DNA of 64,000 nucleotides from Candidatus Poribacteria bacterium (GTDB lineage Bacteria; Poribacteria; WGA-4E; WGA-3G): NCBI GenBank assembly GCA_965200345.1, contig OZ241378.1, positions 5,434,314 to 5,498,313 of the forward strand, read 5' to 3'. Shown piece by piece: positions 62,547 to 64,000 of this stretch (position 1 is its first letter; each line of letters starts with the position of its first letter). The notes under the pieces were generated by a model. It saw only the letters and a program-made list of their open reading frames with translations, ran no database searches and was not told where the DNA came from. The position numbers and the translations under genes were made by a program.

Positions 62547-63485
62547 TTAATTGTCTCGTAATTGGTCTAAGACTGTGGCCGGCAGAGGGGCTGCCCCTGA
62601 AGTGGCTACACCATCGTCAACTTGTGCCGGTGTCATCATCCCTGGCACGACGCAGGAGACTGCCGGATGTGCTAAGATAAATTTGAGGGAGGCTTGTGGG
62701 AGGCTTCGCGCTTTATCGCCGATGATCGACTTCACCTGTTTCACCCGTTCCAAGTCAGCGAGGAATTTCTCGCGAGCCCAGGTTTTCCGATAATCGTTTT
62801 CTGCAAACACAGTGTCCGGTCCGAGTTGTCCAGAGAGCAGTCCTGACGACAGGGGTTGCCGGACGACAATGGCGACTCCTTTTTCAGCGGCGGTTTCCAT
62901 CACCGGTGTTGCCATTTCTTGGGTAAGGATATTGTAGGTGAGCATCAGTGAAGAGATGCCGGTCTCTGTGATCGCTTTCAGTGCGTCTGCCTCACTACCG
63001 AGGCCCATCCCATAGCATCGGATTTTGCCTTCAGTTTTGAGGTCTTCCATTGTGCCGAATGCATCATCCCACTCGGATGCCGGCGGTGGTCCATGGAATT
63101 GATAGATGTCTATGACATCCCGCTTCAACCGCGTGAGGCTTCCTTCAACGGCTGACCGGATATAATCAGGTGAAACATTAAACGCTGGGTGTTCCCATCC
63201 TTGGCTAATCCAGCCATCAGAGTCCAATTCATAGCCGAGTTTTGTGGCGATAACGACTCTATTGCCGAGTGCTGAGAAAGCCTCGCCGAGTAACTGTTCA
63301 GCGCGTCCACCACCGTATTGATCAGCCGTATCGTAGTAGGTGACACCACTTTCAAAGGCGTACCGGAGGAGATCAACAGCGTCTGTTTCACTGATGTCTC
63401 CCCATTCACGTCCTCCGAGTTCCCATGTTCCCATGCCGATTTCAGAGACGGTTAGTCCTGTGTTTCCTAATTGACGTTGGCGCAT
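62547..63485 (-). CDS. Aldo/keto reductase
   Basis: RQLGNTGLTVSEIGMGTWELGG..WG.......LL..A.E.G...YDTAD.YG.G..E.LLG. 312 aa. Confidence 0.85.
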   Translation of the reverse strand: MRQRQLGNTGLTVSEIGMGTWELGGREWGDISETDAVDLLRYAFESGVTYYDTADQYGGGRAEQLLGEAFSALGNRVVIATKLGYELDSDGWISQGWEHPAFNVSPDYIRSAVEGSLTRLKRDVIDIYQFHGPPPASEWDDAFGTMEDLKTEGKIRCYGMGLGSEADALKAITETGISSLMLTYNILTQEMATPVMETAAEKGVAIVVRQPLSSGLLSGQLGPDTVFAENDYRKTWAREKFLADLERVKQVKSIIGDKARSLPQASLKFILAHPAVSCVVPGMMTPAQVDDGVATSGAAPLPATVLDQLRDN

Positions 63486-63697
63486 TGTTGTTCCTTCGCG
63501 AGCTTATAAGACACAGGTCTCTGCGCTTAGAAAGTACGACGATTTGGATTTGTTTATTATCTTACAATATTTCTAATTATTTGTCAAGTATATTTTATTT
63601 TCGGTAGCGGCGGTCTATCCATCTGAGGACGAAATTAGATTGACAGGCTCCGTCTGTTTCTGATAAGATTATAGTATTCATTTGAAAGGGAAAGTTG

Positions 63698-64000
63698 ATG
63701 GCTAAAAAACGCGGCAAGTTTCGTTTGAACGGTGTTGGCACAAAAGTGGAGCAGCATGCGGAGCGGGTTTTACGGCTGGTAAAGTTGAATTCGCCGCATG
63801 CGGATCCACTTGCCTACGCGTCTCTGCTGTTCCTTGAAACCCGTGATCCTGAAAGATTTAAGACGCTTATGTCGGAGGTGATGGTCGCAGCACTTTACGA
63901 TCGATTTAAAACCCGTAGAAAGGTGCGCGAGCAAGCAAAGTTAGACGCAGCAGAACAAATTCAACCAGAGACGAAACGGGGTGAAGTGAGCGCGGAGCGG
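63698..64000 (+). CDS. Hypothetical protein, 5' part (runs off window)
   Basis: Own translation from ATG 63698: MAKKRGKFRLNGVGTKVEQHAERVLRLVKLNSPHADPLAYASLLFLETRDPERFKTL... Stays open to the window end. GAAAGGGAAAG upstream. No motif recognised. Confidence 0.35.
   Translation, partial: MAKKRGKFRLNGVGTKVEQHAERVLRLVKLNSPHADPLAYASLLFLETRDPERFKTLMSEVMVAALYDRFKTRRKVREQAKLDAAEQIQPETKRGEVSAER

Overview
64-kb chromosomal window from a heterotrophic bacterium. All homology calls rest on motifs I recognise in the translations; no search tool was run. The bulk is ordinary sugar and sugar-acid scavenging metabolism: five Gfo/Idh/MocA oxidoreductases, two enolase-superfamily dehydratases, a xylose-isomerase-like TIM barrel, two PhyH dioxygenases, two aldo/keto reductases, an LLM oxidoreductase and two LamG/DUF1080 proteins. 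This gene mix resembles PVC- or Poribacteria-like genomes, but that is inference only. Housekeeping anchors are obg-proB-proA, tilS-hpt, nfo, a partial rbsK and three tRNAs (Met-CAT, initiator fMet, Leu-TAA). Six things stand out. (1) A 589-bp hairpin-ended, transposase-less element occurs in two identical copies (1132-1720, 42404-42992). One copy cleanly splits a gene, and its ends and promoter region are homologous to those of a solo tnpB element (27335-28797). Both insert next to 5'-CTTAY. (2) A minus-strand cluster (8261-3406) encodes an ECF-like sigma factor, a small Cys protein, a TM/coiled-coil protein, an STT3/PglB-like glycosyltransferase with a WGYG variant motif and a PilP/GspC-like protein. 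A decayed tandem copy follows it (3320 to about 590). (3) Three tandem paralogs of a secreted repeat-domain protein (58278-62214) share an 18-22 aa C-terminal tail, VEPxGKLxTxWGxxK, with the two LamG/DUF1080 proteins. This is a candidate sorting tag. (4) Two paralogous proteins fuse an N-terminal heavy-metal-associated domain to a lipoprotein signal peptide. One carries about 23 NNGQG repeats, and a zinc-ribbon miniprotein sits next to them. (5) An intergenic array of six 18-bp palindrome-containing repeats lies upstream of a cupin gene. (6) Several dispersed intergenic repeat families are present. No CRISPR array, rRNA, prophage or recognisable complete defence system was seen.
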